From Spirochaetia bacterium (GTDB lineage Bacteria; Spirochaetota; Spirochaetia; DSM-27196; Salinispiraceae): DNA of 64,000 nucleotides. Positions within the stretch are counted from its first letter, which is position 1. Each line of letters starts with the position of its first letter. Positions 1 through 10,399 of this stretch are shown one piece after another. The notes under the pieces were generated by a model. That model had not been told where the DNA came from. It saw only the letters and a list, made by a program, of their open reading frames with translations, and made no database searches. Position numbers and translations under genes: made by a program. The stretch covers positions 131,624 to 195,623 of the forward strand of contig JBBRCZ010000005.1 of the NCBI GenBank assembly GCA_038204425.1, written 5' to 3'.

Positions 1-151
1 GCTGAATAATATCAAGATCAGCCGCTTTGCACCAATCCGAAAGCAGCACCAAGTCGGCAAATTCCCCGCAACCAAGAGAGTCCTTGGTACGTAGTGAAAA
101 GACCGGAACAAGCACACCAGTAGAAAATTGTGAGAAACCAGAGAATTTCAT
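1..151 (-). CDS. malQ: 4-alpha-glucanotransferase (GH77), 5' end only; runs off window start
   Basis: Manual translation of the minus strand from ATG at 151 (GAGAGGA upstream): MKFSGFSQFSTGVLVPVFSLRTKDSLGCGEFADLVLLSDWCKAADLDIIQ, matching the GH77 N-terminal GVxxPxFSL...G.GEF.DL pattern. Not in the ORF track. Confidence 0.85.
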   Translation of the reverse strand, partial: MKFSGFSQFSTGVLVPVFSLRTKDSLGCGEFADLVLLSDWCKAADLDIIQ

Positions 152-226
152 GGCACTTCCTCTCTTTTTAAGTATACGATCGGCCCACATAGCTTTACAA
201 GATACATGGTTTTCAAGATATAAAGT

Positions 227-1990
227 ATGTCTATGAATTCTTTATTCTATGCTAAAATCGGCATTATTCCTCATTTCCTTCTTGGTTTATTGATATGTTT
301 AAACACTATTGGTATTAGCGCACAGGTCTCAGGCAGCTATCTTACATTTACCAGCCTCAACAAGCTGTATCTGTCCGCTGATGGTGGGACAAGCTGGCAA
401 ACAGTTGATGCCTACAAGGATATAAATAAGACTGTTTACTTTACGGCAAGTGCTGTAAACAATAAAGATCCAAGTAAGATCTTGCTTGGAACGTCTTTTG
501 AGGGTATCTACGAAAGCGTAGATGGTGGCAAAAACTGGAAGTTTATCTCTGAATCGCGGTTCTTCCGCCCACTGAGTCAGGGTGCCGGCTTTTTTGATGA
601 AGTTGTTGCGCTTTCTTATGATCGAAACAACGAAAATGATATCTTCTTTCGTATAGGTTTTGGCGGACAAAGTTACCATTATCAACGGGCACAAAAAAAG
701 CTTACAGTTATAGACCCGCAGAGCGCCGAATTCGCATGGTTGCCTAGTTCCTTTAGGTGGAACTTTTCGAATACACCAATGCAAGCCGGGTGGCAGCTAA
801 GTTTGCCCGACTTGGCGGGTCACCCTCGCCCTAGTTCGATACATCAGCCTGGGCCAAGCGATAGTGAAATTTTGGCAGTTCAAAAGGACCCAAACCGGCA
901 AAAACGCCTCGCCTTGGCTGCAGAGAAGCGCGGAATTTACCTCAACCCCAACCAAGCCTCCAATCGAAACATACAAAAAAATCTCGATTTGGTAGTCAAA
1001 CAGGGTATGAACAGCATAGTAGTAGATTTTAAGGATGACCAAGGATTATTGACTTATAACAGTACTATTCCACTTGCTAAAGAAATGAGAGCAATCAACC
1101 AAAGAATAGACGTTAACAATATTGTAAAGTTAGCCCATGAGCGAAACATCTATGTCATTGCTCGCATTGTAATTTTTAAGGATAAGAAACTTTTCGCTTA
1201 CAACAAGAATGCACATGCTATATGGGACAGGAATAGCAACAAACCCTGGGGGGTCTGGCGCGAACAAACAGTCGCAGCCCAAGGCGACCAGCCGGAAACC
1301 AAAACATGGGTTCAGACCGAATACTGGGTTGATCCCTATGATGATTTTGTTCATCAATACAATCTCGACATTGCCAAAGAGCTTCAAAGTCTCGGTGTAG
1401 ACGAGATTCAACTCGACTACATTCGCTTTCCATCAGATGGCCATACTGCCAATATTCTGTGCCGCGGGAACAAAGACGCCCAAGGCAATGTCATCCGCAA
1501 AGAAAGCATGGACGCCAGAGTGGAAGCGCTGACTTCTTTTCTGCGAAAAGTAAGACAAGCTATTAGTATTCCGATTGGAACGGACGTCTTTGGGTTTAAC
1601 TCCTGGGCACGAATGAGTTATTTGGGTCAAGATATTCAGGCCTTTTCATATTTTGTGGACGTCATTTCGCCAATGAATTATCCATCCCACTACGCCCGGG
1701 ATTTTTTAGGAAACATGAAGTATTTCGACCGAGCTGAATTTATTTTTTCAGAAGGTTTAAAAAGAGCCCGCTGGATTGTCAACAATCGAACTATAATTAG
1801 ACCATACATCCAAGCTTTTTTGCTGGGTGGGGAACGAAAATTTAGTGATCCGCAGATCTATAGCTACTTAAACAGGCAAGTGAAAGGTGGCTACACGGGC
1901 GGCGGTTCTGGATTTACTCTTTGGAACCAGTCGGGAAACTATTACATGATAGAACCCCGCAGCTTCAAGGAGAGTTTTACCCGCCCGTAA
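227..1990 (+). CDS. Secreted putative glycoside hydrolase (DUF4015-like TIM barrel) with N-terminal Asp-box/BNR repeats
   Basis: Hydrophobic signal; SADGGTSW and SVDGGKNW Asp-boxes; NSIVVDFKDDQG, YVIARIVIFKD, WVDPY, DEIQLDYIRFP, ISPMNYPSHY motifs. Confidence 0.75.
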   Translation: MSMNSLFYAKIGIIPHFLLGLLICLNTIGISAQVSGSYLTFTSLNKLYLSADGGTSWQTVDAYKDINKTVYFTASAVNNKDPSKILLGTSFEGIYESVDGGKNWKFISESRFFRPLSQGAGFFDEVVALSYDRNNENDIFFRIGFGGQSYHYQRAQKKLTVIDPQSAEFAWLPSSFRWNFSNTPMQAGWQLSLPDLAGHPRPSSIHQPGPSDSEILAVQKDPNRQKRLALAAEKRGIYLNPNQASNRNIQKNLDLVVKQGMNSIVVDFKDDQGLLTYNSTIPLAKEMRAINQRIDVNNIVKLAHERNIYVIARIVIFKDKKLFAYNKNAHAIWDRNSNKPWGVWREQTVAAQGDQPETKTWVQTEYWVDPYDDFVHQYNLDIAKELQSLGVDEIQLDYIRFPSDGHTANILCRGNKDAQGNVIRKESMDARVEALTSFLRKVRQAISIPIGTDVFGFNSWARMSYLGQDIQAFSYFVDVISPMNYPSHYARDFLGNMKYFDRAEFIFSEGLKRARWIVNNRTIIRPYIQAFLLGGERKFSDPQIYSYLNRQVKGGYTGGGSGFTLWNQSGNYYMIEPRSFKESFTRP

Positions 1991-2015
1991 AAAAGCCAGC
2001 TAAGGGAGCTTTTTT

Positions 2016-2972
2016 ATGGATATCAAAACCTGGGCAGATTCGGTAGTTGCCAACATTGGCAAAGTTATTTACGGAAAAGAGGCTGTCATTAAACAGATAT
2101 TGGCGGCCTTACTAGCCAAAGGCCATGTTCTGCTAGATGACGTGCCGGGACTTGGTAAAACAATGCTGGCGCGGTCACTGGCTCAAAGCATCGCTTCCAG
2201 TGTGTCTCGAATTCAATCTACGCCCGACTTAATGCCAAGTGATGTTTTGGGCGTCTCGGTCTACAACCCATCAGAAAGTACCTTTAAGTACCGCAAAGGC
2301 CCCATTGTTTCTAACTTTGTCCTCGTGGATGAAATAAACCGCGCAACACCGCGTACACAGGCGGCCCTACTAGAAGCAATGGCGGAACTGCAAATCTCAG
2401 TGGAAGGAAAATCCATAGCCTTGCCACAACCCTTTTTCTTGATTGCTACTCAAAACCCCGTTGATTTTGAAGGAACGTTTCCACTTCCTGAGGCCCAAAA
2501 GGACCGATTCTTGATGACCCTATCAATGGGTTACCCGGAGATGGTCACTGAAAAAGAAATATTACGCAATCACAGTGCGATGCATTCTCCGTTGGAGACT
2601 CTGCAGTCGGTTACCAAACTGGAAGAAATTGGACCATTGCAGGAAGCGGTGACCAAGATCCACGTTTCAGAAGCCATTGCTGACTATATTCTCAATCTTG
2701 GCAATGCAACTCGAAATAACCAGAACTTACGCATGGGTATTTCACCGCGCGGTACTCTTGCTCTCTATCGTTGTTCCCAAGCGCTCGCAGCTATCAATGG
2801 AAGAGATTATGTAATTCCTGACGACATAAAAAATTTAATGGTGCCCGTTTTTATTAGTAGAATTCTCTTAAAGCCAAGTGCTTTGGTAAAGGGATTAGAC
2901 GCATTGTCGGTTTTGAAGTCAATTCAAGACGAAGTTCCGTCCCCACTTTTGGCGGACGTTCACAAGAGCTAG
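2016..2972 (+). CDS. MoxR-family AAA+ ATPase
   Basis: GHVLLDDVPGLGKT Walker A, RIQSTPDLMPSD, DEINRATPRTQAALLEAM, ATQNPVDFEGTFPLPEAQKDRF. Confidence 0.95.
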   Translation: MDIKTWADSVVANIGKVIYGKEAVIKQILAALLAKGHVLLDDVPGLGKTMLARSLAQSIASSVSRIQSTPDLMPSDVLGVSVYNPSESTFKYRKGPIVSNFVLVDEINRATPRTQAALLEAMAELQISVEGKSIALPQPFFLIATQNPVDFEGTFPLPEAQKDRFLMTLSMGYPEMVTEKEILRNHSAMHSPLETLQSVTKLEEIGPLQEAVTKIHVSEAIADYILNLGNATRNNQNLRMGISPRGTLALYRCSQALAAINGRDYVIPDDIKNLMVPVFISRILLKPSALVKGLDALSVLKSIQDEVPSPLLADVHKS

Positions 2973-2973
2973 T

Positions 2974-4272
2974 ATGAAGTTCAATTGGTTCTTTGTTATC
3001 TTGGCCATATTACTTGCGTTGATTTTTCCAAACTATATTATTCAAGTCTCTGCTAAACTCTTGCTTTCGATACTCTTTGTCTCTTGGATGCTTTCAAAGC
3101 TACCGCGCAAGCAATTGCATTTAGAAGTTGAGCAAGTGGTTCTGCGTAGTTTTTTGCGCGAACATTTCACTATTAGGATTACGATAGTTAACAAAGGGGT
3201 AATCCCGGTACTCAATTTAGCTATCCGTGATGGCAGTGGTGGCTTGATAGTTGAGAAAAAAAACAGCGTCGTTTGTGATATCTATGGTCGTTCGCGTAGC
3301 AGTTTTGACTATACTGTGAGTTCCCAGACTCGTGGCCTGTATAAGCTTGGACCGGTGGTTCTTTCTGGTTCAGATCCACTTGGTTTTTTTCCTTGGACAG
3401 TAGAACTAAAGCTTGAAAGACTGGTCTTCGTTTTTCCTGGCATAATGGCATACAATTTTATTCCTCGACATGGTTTGACAGGTGGACCAATGGCCTCAAT
3501 CCACCCCATGCACCTTGATACGACCCAGATTAGGTCTGTTAGAGACTACCAAACTGGTGATGATCCTCGTTACATTCACTGGAAAGCGAGCGCGTCTAGC
3601 GGTACGCTGCGCGTCAAAGAACATGCCAAGACGATTTTGGTCCCCTACTACATTATCCTTAACCTTCGCGAGTCGGACTATGCTCAAAAGCGTCGCGCTG
3701 CTCACCTCGAACGCTGCATCGAAGCTGCTGCTGCTTTTATTGAAGAGGCCACCAAACAACGCTGCTCACTGGGCTTTCTGACCAACGGCATCCTTCCCGA
3801 AGAGTCTCGCCCCTATTTTGGCGTAAAAACTATGGAATCTGAGAAGACCGTTTTTGCAAAAGCAAAACCTGGACAAGTCATCGTCGCTAAAGCCGCCCAT
3901 GATCCAATTCATCTACCTGTTTCTCCTGCCTATAGCGTTGCCAGTCAACTCTTGTCTATACTTTCTGTAATAGGTGTCAGACTCGACAATTTGCCACTTA
4001 GCGAAATGTTTTTGCATTTGCAACTACATCTCTATCCCAGAATTCTCGTTATAACGCCACCGATAGCCCCTGAGGAGTTCACCAGTATAGTTTCTACCGT
4101 GCCGCGCAATTGCAAATTGGACATGTGGTTTTTGGACGAACATCAAGACCGACAAGACAGAATCGATCATCGAGCTGCTCCCCCTTTGAGCCACATTACT
4201 TTAAAGAAACTTCCAGAGTTTGGATCAGAACTAGAAAGTGTTAGTCATGTTGGAGAATTAGATCATGTCTAA
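2974..4272 (+). CDS. DUF58 domain protein (MoxR partner)
   Basis: RGLYKLGP...SDPLGFF and VRDYQTGDDPRYIHWKASA motifs; follows moxR. Confidence 0.9.
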   Translation: MKFNWFFVILAILLALIFPNYIIQVSAKLLLSILFVSWMLSKLPRKQLHLEVEQVVLRSFLREHFTIRITIVNKGVIPVLNLAIRDGSGGLIVEKKNSVVCDIYGRSRSSFDYTVSSQTRGLYKLGPVVLSGSDPLGFFPWTVELKLERLVFVFPGIMAYNFIPRHGLTGGPMASIHPMHLDTTQIRSVRDYQTGDDPRYIHWKASASSGTLRVKEHAKTILVPYYIILNLRESDYAQKRRAAHLERCIEAAAAFIEEATKQRCSLGFLTNGILPEESRPYFGVKTMESEKTVFAKAKPGQVIVAKAAHDPIHLPVSPAYSVASQLLSILSVIGVRLDNLPLSEMFLHLQLHLYPRILVITPPIAPEEFTSIVSTVPRNCKLDMWFLDEHQDRQDRIDHRAAPPLSHITLKKLPEFGSELESVSHVGELDHV

Positions 4273-5812
4273 AATGAATAAGAGCGACAACCTAACCTTG
4301 GGCTTTCTGTCTACAATCTCGGTACTTGCCTTTTTTATGCTTTTTTCCAATCTTATCTTTGTCTTCTTCCGCTCTGCTTTTGAAACTGTACTTTTGTACA
4401 ACATCGTTTGCTTTTTTTTGTTGTTAGCTGAGCATATCTTCGATGCTTTGAGCAGGCAGCGAGGCGCTAGGACTAGTTCTTCTATGGCGAGAACCGCAAT
4501 CTTACTTGCCCTTCTAAATTACGCCTCTATTTCCTTGCTCACAGGCACGAGCTTTCCTTCTATGTTTATTCCAAATGCGCTTTCGATTAGTAGCACAATC
4601 ATTGCGCCCATGGCTGCCTTGTTGGCGTCAAGCCTTGCTATGAAGTTGCATTCCAGGCAGCAGATGAATAGTTTGGTTAAGGGCGCTGACACCCAGCATG
4701 CTCTCTCAGACATCTTCGCCAGTCACTCAAGCATGGTCATCAACAGCCACAAAATGGCCAAGTCTCTACGCTCAACTTCACGCACGCTCCTATTTTTGTC
4801 GATAGTTTTGGTGATCATCTTTAGCTTTGCCGGCGACGCAACGCCATTTGTAATAACATGGTTTTTGCTGACGGTAATTTGCACCTTGTCCCTCATGGGT
4901 AACGCACAAGCTTACATCGAAGAACATAGGTTTTTCCAGTTTGGACTTGCATCTAGTGAGGATTCTCAAAAAAAGAAACAAAATGCTTCTCTTCTTTTGA
5001 TTCTTACCTGTTTGATTTTTTCTTTTGCAGCATCAAACAATAAGGCACCCTTGAGTCCCGCCCTAGTTGGTCAATTTCTTGCTTCTATTTTTTCACCATC
5101 AAGAAGTGTGACCCGAAGTGATAACTACTTGGACGACTATCGAATTGAAACCAATCAATATGAACGAGTTATTGATCAGACCCTTCCTGGTCTTGGTACT
5201 AGCATCAAAACGGTGCCCTTCTTTGAGAACTTTTTTGTCGCCTTGCAGTATATTTTGGTATTCGGCTTACTGATTGCCCTGCTCTACTTCTTACTAAAGC
5301 CGATGATCGCGGAAAAACTAGGCTTTGTGCAAATACTAAAGCAGATTCTGCTACAGTTCCTTGGCTTTATATTTGGGCCTTTTAGGCTATTAGTTGCCGC
5401 AATGAGACAAGTCGGCAAAAGAAAGCCTAAGAAGCAAGATCTGAATTCTGGTTTAAAATCAGTTAAGCCGCGCGAGTATATTGAATCACTAATTAAGAAC
5501 GCCGCAGTCGAAAAGAGTAAAGAAAAGAAATCTCTCGCTCGTTCATTGATGATTTATTTGGAATTTTTGGAATGGCTATATAGTAAAGGATTTCGTTGGT
5601 CTCTCTCGGACACACCACAGGAAATTAGCCAAAACAGTGCAACATTTACGACGGCCTCACAGTCTCAAATGGTAGAAAAACTAGCAAACTTGCTAGAACG
5701 CGACCTTTTTTCGTTAAACAGACTAGATGAAGCTTCACTTGGGTTTATGTCGAAGCTCGTTGTTGATCTAAGGACGAAGGTCGATGGCTCAAGTACCAAG
5801 CGAACTGATTAA
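4265..5812 (+). CDS. Multi-pass membrane protein, probable C-terminal DUF4129-like domain
   Basis: About 8-9 hydrophobic segments; C-terminal IYLEFLEWL...SDTPQE pattern; third gene of the MoxR-DUF58 operon. Confidence 0.6.
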   Translation: MSKMNKSDNLTLGFLSTISVLAFFMLFSNLIFVFFRSAFETVLLYNIVCFFLLLAEHIFDALSRQRGARTSSSMARTAILLALLNYASISLLTGTSFPSMFIPNALSISSTIIAPMAALLASSLAMKLHSRQQMNSLVKGADTQHALSDIFASHSSMVINSHKMAKSLRSTSRTLLFLSIVLVIIFSFAGDATPFVITWFLLTVICTLSLMGNAQAYIEEHRFFQFGLASSEDSQKKKQNASLLLILTCLIFSFAASNNKAPLSPALVGQFLASIFSPSRSVTRSDNYLDDYRIETNQYERVIDQTLPGLGTSIKTVPFFENFFVALQYILVFGLLIALLYFLLKPMIAEKLGFVQILKQILLQFLGFIFGPFRLLVAAMRQVGKRKPKKQDLNSGLKSVKPREYIESLIKNAAVEKSKEKKSLARSLMIYLEFLEWLYSKGFRWSLSDTPQEISQNSATFTTASQSQMVEKLANLLERDLFSLNRLDEASLGFMSKLVVDLRTKVDGSSTKRTD

Positions 5813-6457
5813 GTCTCTCAAGTAAGCTGCTTCTTCGTAGTTTTCGTCACTGATAGCTTTCTCGAGTTGCATAGTTAGAACGGCTCGTTGGACATCGGAA
5901 GATGTTTCTAAGAGATTTCCGTCTTGGAAGGCGGCGTCATCGATGCCAGTCGGTTCTTCATCTATCCTATTGAACTGCAGAGTCTCTTGTATTTTTAAGA
6001 GCAATGACTCTTCGCTGCTTCCTACTTGATCAGCAACTTCTTCAATCATCTGCATAGGTATGCTAGCTTCATCAATTATAAACTCTGCCACAAAAATTTG
6101 ACATTTTACTCGTGCTGCCAGGCCCAAAGCATCACTGGGTCGTGCATCCAAAACAATTTTTTTGATGCCTTGCTTGAGCAAAATTCTTGAGAAATAGGTT
6201 CCGTCCTGACAATCGTTTATTTCAATTCTTTCAACTTGCGCGTGCATTTTTTCTATCAGCGTCAAAAATAGATCATGAGTCAAAGGCCGTGGCATGGCTA
6301 TGTTTCCGATACCTATCAGGATAGAATGCGCTTCTAGCTGACCGATAAATATCGGTATGGCGCGATCGCTTCCAATTGGCTTAACCAACACTGCCGTGCC
6401 TTTATCTGTTTTTGCTACTGTCCATATTTCTACTTCAACCAACATTGCATTACGCAT
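5789..6457 (-). CDS. Bifunctional nuclease family protein (DUF151) with C-terminal UVR domain
   Basis: IPIFIGQLEA, PRPLTHDL, LDARPSDALGLA motifs; LEKAISDENYEEAAYLRDLI UVR coiled coil. Confidence 0.92.
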   Translation of the reverse strand: MRNAMLVEVEIWTVAKTDKGTAVLVKPIGSDRAIPIFIGQLEAHSILIGIGNIAMPRPLTHDLFLTLIEKMHAQVERIEINDCQDGTYFSRILLKQGIKKIVLDARPSDALGLAARVKCQIFVAEFIIDEASIPMQMIEEVADQVGSSEESLLLKIQETLQFNRIDEEPTGIDDAAFQDGNLLETSSDVQRAVLTMQLEKAISDENYEEAAYLRDLISSLGT

Positions 6458-6463
6458 ATCTTA

Positions 6464-6492
6464 ATAGTATCCGGTTTTTTCCAAAATTTCAA
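6464..6492 (-). promoter_or_regulatory. sigma70-type promoter for the bifunctional nuclease gene, probably leaderless
   Basis: Minus strand TTGAAA-17 nt-TACTAT-6 nt-ATG(6457); no Shine-Dalgarno. Confidence 0.55.
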
Positions 6493-7274
6493 AGTTGATT
6501 TCGGCAAAATTCGACTGCATTCATAAATAGTCTCATGCCGGAACTTGGGTAGTGCCTTGAGCTGTTAAGATGGGCGCCAAAAACATTAGGCCAACAAGGG
6601 TCTTGGTCCAAATGAACAGACGCTTCTGGGTGAGGCATTAGTCCAAGAACTCTGCCACTTGGGTCGGTTATGCCAGCTAAGGCCTGATAGGATCCATTTG
6701 GGTTCTCACCTTCATACCAAAAAGCAGCCAAATTTAGATCTTTAATGGCGTTTTTTACAAACTCTGAGCCCGGCACTAATCTACCCTCTCCATGTCGAAT
6801 TGGGACTCGCATTTGACCTAAGCCCTTTAGCCATGGCGACCTGTTGTGCTGATTTACTTTTAGACTTACCCATTTATTGATAAAGTGGCCCGATGTGTTG
6901 TGAACAAGGGCCAGCTCAGGCTCAATTTTACCACTGATATTTGGAACCAAACCCATCTTACTAATGGTCTGAAATCCATTACAAATACCGATGACCAAAT
7001 TTCCTTTGTTTAAGAACGCCTGAAACTCTTCCTTCATGCGAGTCTTAAGCATATGCGACAGAACTCTTCCTGAGCCAAGATGGTCACCAAAAGAAAAGCC
7101 GCCTGCAAATCCGATGATCTGAAACGCCGCCAACTTCCAAGGTTCTGCAAGCAGGTCTTTGACATGAAGCAAATCTACCGAGGCACCTGCTTGTTCAAAG
7201 GCTGCGGCCAGCTCTTGATCGGCGTTGATGCCATAGCCGGTTAGGACAAGCGTTTTTACTTTAGATGACTTCAT
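6489..7274 (-). CDS. purQ: Phosphoribosylformylglycinamidine synthase glutaminase subunit
   Basis: GYGINAD, GGFSFGDHLGSG, GICNGFQ catalytic Cys, GLMPHPE; start set at MKSSK (7274), just after the purL stop. Confidence 0.95.
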   Translation of the reverse strand: MKSSKVKTLVLTGYGINADQELAAAFEQAGASVDLLHVKDLLAEPWKLAAFQIIGFAGGFSFGDHLGSGRVLSHMLKTRMKEEFQAFLNKGNLVIGICNGFQTISKMGLVPNISGKIEPELALVHNTSGHFINKWVSLKVNQHNRSPWLKGLGQMRVPIRHGEGRLVPGSEFVKNAIKDLNLAAFWYEGENPNGSYQALAGITDPSGRVLGLMPHPEASVHLDQDPCWPNVFGAHLNSSRHYPSSGMRLFMNAVEFCRNQL

Positions 7275-7276
7275 AT

Positions 7277-10200
7277 CTATTTCCAATCCAGCTTCCAAGC
7301 TGCACGAATCTGTTCAAGACTCAAAGAAATGTTCTTTGCGCCGGTTTGATTCCAAGAGATGCTGACATGGTTCTTACTGCAAACCTGACCGAGGCGATTC
7401 AAGTATGATTTTTCCAGTCCGATAAACTGAGCAAGAAACTCTGCTTCTGCCTCTGGTCTTAGGCTAAGCACAAGGCGAGAGGGGCCTTCGCCGTAAAGTA
7501 CGCAGGCAAGAAGCCATTCTTCGCTAAAATTCTGCCCTTGATAGTAGGTTTCTAGTTCGTATAACAGACTATCGACATTGAGATCAACGCCTAAGTTAGC
7601 AAAAAGTGCTTTCTCAGCCAAAGCACAGACTAGTCCGCCGTCAGAGACATCGTGGGCACTTTCGACTAGACCTTTCTTAATTGCGTCGGCAAGTCGTCGA
7701 TAGCGCTTTGCAGCCGCGATTAGGTCGAGATCGGGTGCTAAGCCTAGATGGTCGGTACCTTGTTTCTGTAATTGGTGCTCAAGAACTGAACCGCCAAGTG
7801 CATCGGATTGTGGACCAAGCAAATAGACGATGCTTCCATCTGACACAAATCCTGAAGCTGGGGTTAATCGAACATCAGGGACTATACCCATCAAGCTGAT
7901 TAATAGAGTTGGCCTAACTGAGATCTTCTTTCCGCCAACCCTTGCATCATTCTTCATGCTGTCTTTGCCTGATATCAAGGGTAAATTGTAGGCCCGACAT
8001 GCCGCTTGCAAGGCTTGGTTGGCTCTGACTAACTGCGCCATTTTGTACTTACCATCGCTATTGTCTGGTCCAAAGACAGGATCGGGCCAACAAAAATTGT
8101 CTAAGAGGCTGGCCTTGTCTGGATCACCTGCCAACGCTATATGGGAGCGATATGCCTCGTCAACAGCCATTAGGGTCATTTTGGCCGTATCATCATCGCC
8201 GACGCGTGGGCAAATACCATGAGTAACACTAAGACCGCGCTGACTTCCGCTAACCGGCCTAAGTACTGCTCCATCCGACGGCGCGTCTTGATTTATACCT
8301 TGGTAAGGCTTGGTCTTGGTAGCGGCCTGTACTTCGTGGTCATACCTGCGAACCAAGTCCTCTCGTGACCTAACGTTGATGTGTCCCAAGACTTCCTGCC
8401 AGGTCTGAACACCATTTCTAAGTGCACTTGCAAGTGCCTCTAAAGACTTTGTGTGTTCTGAGTCTTTTGTACTTAGTGCACCCAGTGATTTTCTCTTTTG
8501 TAAGTCTTCTTGCCAAACGGCTTGCAACTTCATAGCCGGCAGTCCTTCATGTACAAAATCCATGCTCAGATATGCCACGCGTTTAGCGTTAAATTTTAAA
8601 TCAACAAACCCAGAATCAGTGAAGCTTCCTATCACTGTAGCTTCCACATCTCTTTGGCGTGCAAGCAAAAGAAACTTTTCTTTTAGTGCCGGGTCAACGG
8701 CCAAACTCATTCTTTCTTGGCTTTCGGAAACCCATATTTCCCAAGCACTAAGGCCAGGGTATTTTACAGGTGCCTTTTCGAGTTCAATGCAAATACCGCC
8801 TGAACCCTGTGCCATTTCTCCCAAAGAAGAAGACAGTCCACCTGCGCCATTGTCAGTGATGCCACGGTACAGACCAAGGTCACGCGCTTCTAAAAGAAAG
8901 TCTCTTACTCTTCGTTGTGTAATTGGATCGCCTATTTGAACTGCGGAGCTTGGAGATTCTTCGTCGAGAGCGAGGCTAGAAAACGTCGCTCCATGGATGC
9001 CGTCTTTTCCAATACGACCACCTAACATCACAGCCAAGTCTCCGGGCAAAACATGCTTAATCCAAGAGAACTCACCACCGATTTCTCGCGGCATAATGCC
9101 ACCTGTTCCGCAGTAAACTAGCGGTTTGCCAAGGTATGATTCATCAAAAATAAATCCGCCAGCCGCAGTTGGGATACCGCTTTGGTTGCCGCCATCGATG
9201 ATTCCTTCATGAACCCCATGCATTATCCTCCGTGGACTTAGCAATCCTTTGGGAACGTCTTGATCGGGTGTGGAAGGATCGGCAAAGCACAAAACATTAG
9301 TATTAAATATTGGTTTGGCACCTTTGCCAGTACCTAATATGTCACGATTAACGCCAACGATACCCGTTATTGCACCACCGTAGGGGTCGAGGGCAGAAGG
9401 AGAATTGTGCGTTTCTACCTTAAAACAAACCACGTGCTGATCGTCAAAATCCACAACTCCGGCATTATCATAAAACACTGAGCGCAGATCCGGTCTTTGA
9501 GCGCTTAGCTCTTGGGTGGTGTCTTTTATATACGTTTTGAATAGACTTTTTATGTTTTGAATTTTGCCGTTTTCAGACTCTCGATAATCTACTTCAGCAG
9601 CAAATATCTTGTGTTTGCAATGCTCGCTCCAAGACTGAGCTAGCATTTCGAGTTCTACATCACTGATCTTGCTAACTAATCCTGCATGCGCTCGGATCGC
9701 CTGAGTTTTTGGGTCACTAAAATGATTACGTATGACAATCATTTCCCCAAGCGTCAAAGCCAGCAAACGATCTTTACTCAAAGACAGCAGTTGATCGTTG
9801 TTCATCTGAGCGATATCAATAAAGAGGCTATCTTCAACATTACCCAAGGCAACACCCTTGTACAGGGCCGGAAAGAAATTTCCAGAAGCCATGTCTTGGT
9901 AGCTTCTAATCTCGCTTCGTTGGATTAGCGGATTGTGCAGAAGCTTTGCGATGTCCCTTAGCTGCTCGTCCCTCAAGTCTATGCGGCTATAAAAAACAAT
10001 TTGTTTGCCAGATTGAACAAAGGCAGGAGGGTGTCCTTCTTTTCCGTGTTCTAGCCATAATGCTTCACTGGCAGTTATCCCAACCGGGTCGGTAACACCT
10101 GCCTTAAAAGTAGTCTCGATGGCGAAATTCCAATCTTTTCCAAAAGCCAAAGCTGCAGCTTGGTCAATATACCAGTCCTGAACAATGGGGTCCGAAAATA

Positions 10201-10366
10201 TGGTCTTAATGCTTGCGGCTTTTGGTTCTAGTTGATCAGGAATACAATAGACATCAACGACTCTGATTCTTTCTATCAGCGGTCCAAACTGGGCGCTGAT
10301 GAGCTCTTGAACAGCTGCTTCTCGGCCATCACCTGTCTCAATTTTGTTGACAACTTCTATTCTCAT
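7277..10366 (-). CDS. purL: FGAM synthase PurL with fused N-terminal PurS-like region
   Basis: QSWSEHCKHKIF, KVETHNSPSALDPYGGAITG, GRIGKDGIHGATFSS, ITDNGAGGLSSS, SESQERM, ISGKDSMKN, HDVSDGG. Confidence 0.95.
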   Translation of the reverse strand: MRIEVVNKIETGDGREAAVQELISAQFGPLIERIRVVDVYCIPDQLEPKAASIKTIFSDPIVQDWYIDQAAALAFGKDWNFAIETTFKAGVTDPVGITASEALWLEHGKEGHPPAFVQSGKQIVFYSRIDLRDEQLRDIAKLLHNPLIQRSEIRSYQDMASGNFFPALYKGVALGNVEDSLFIDIAQMNNDQLLSLSKDRLLALTLGEMIVIRNHFSDPKTQAIRAHAGLVSKISDVELEMLAQSWSEHCKHKIFAAEVDYRESENGKIQNIKSLFKTYIKDTTQELSAQRPDLRSVFYDNAGVVDFDDQHVVCFKVETHNSPSALDPYGGAITGIVGVNRDILGTGKGAKPIFNTNVLCFADPSTPDQDVPKGLLSPRRIMHGVHEGIIDGGNQSGIPTAAGGFIFDESYLGKPLVYCGTGGIMPREIGGEFSWIKHVLPGDLAVMLGGRIGKDGIHGATFSSLALDEESPSSAVQIGDPITQRRVRDFLLEARDLGLYRGITDNGAGGLSSSLGEMAQGSGGICIELEKAPVKYPGLSAWEIWVSESQERMSLAVDPALKEKFLLLARQRDVEATVIGSFTDSGFVDLKFNAKRVAYLSMDFVHEGLPAMKLQAVWQEDLQKRKSLGALSTKDSEHTKSLEALASALRNGVQTWQEVLGHINVRSREDLVRRYDHEVQAATKTKPYQGINQDAPSDGAVLRPVSGSQRGLSVTHGICPRVGDDDTAKMTLMAVDEAYRSHIALAGDPDKASLLDNFCWPDPVFGPDNSDGKYKMAQLVRANQALQAACRAYNLPLISGKDSMKNDARVGGKKISVRPTLLISLMGIVPDVRLTPASGFVSDGSIVYLLGPQSDALGGSVLEHQLQKQGTDHLGLAPDLDLIAAAKRYRRLADAIKKGLVESAHDVSDGGLVCALAEKALFANLGVDLNVDSLLYELETYYQGQNFSEEWLLACVLYGEGPSRLVLSLRPEAEAEFLAQFIGLEKSYLNRLGQVCSKNHVSISWNQTGAKNISLSLEQIRAAWKLDWK

Positions 10367-10399
10367 ATGGCACTCCCGGAGTTTTAATAATTTGGCCCA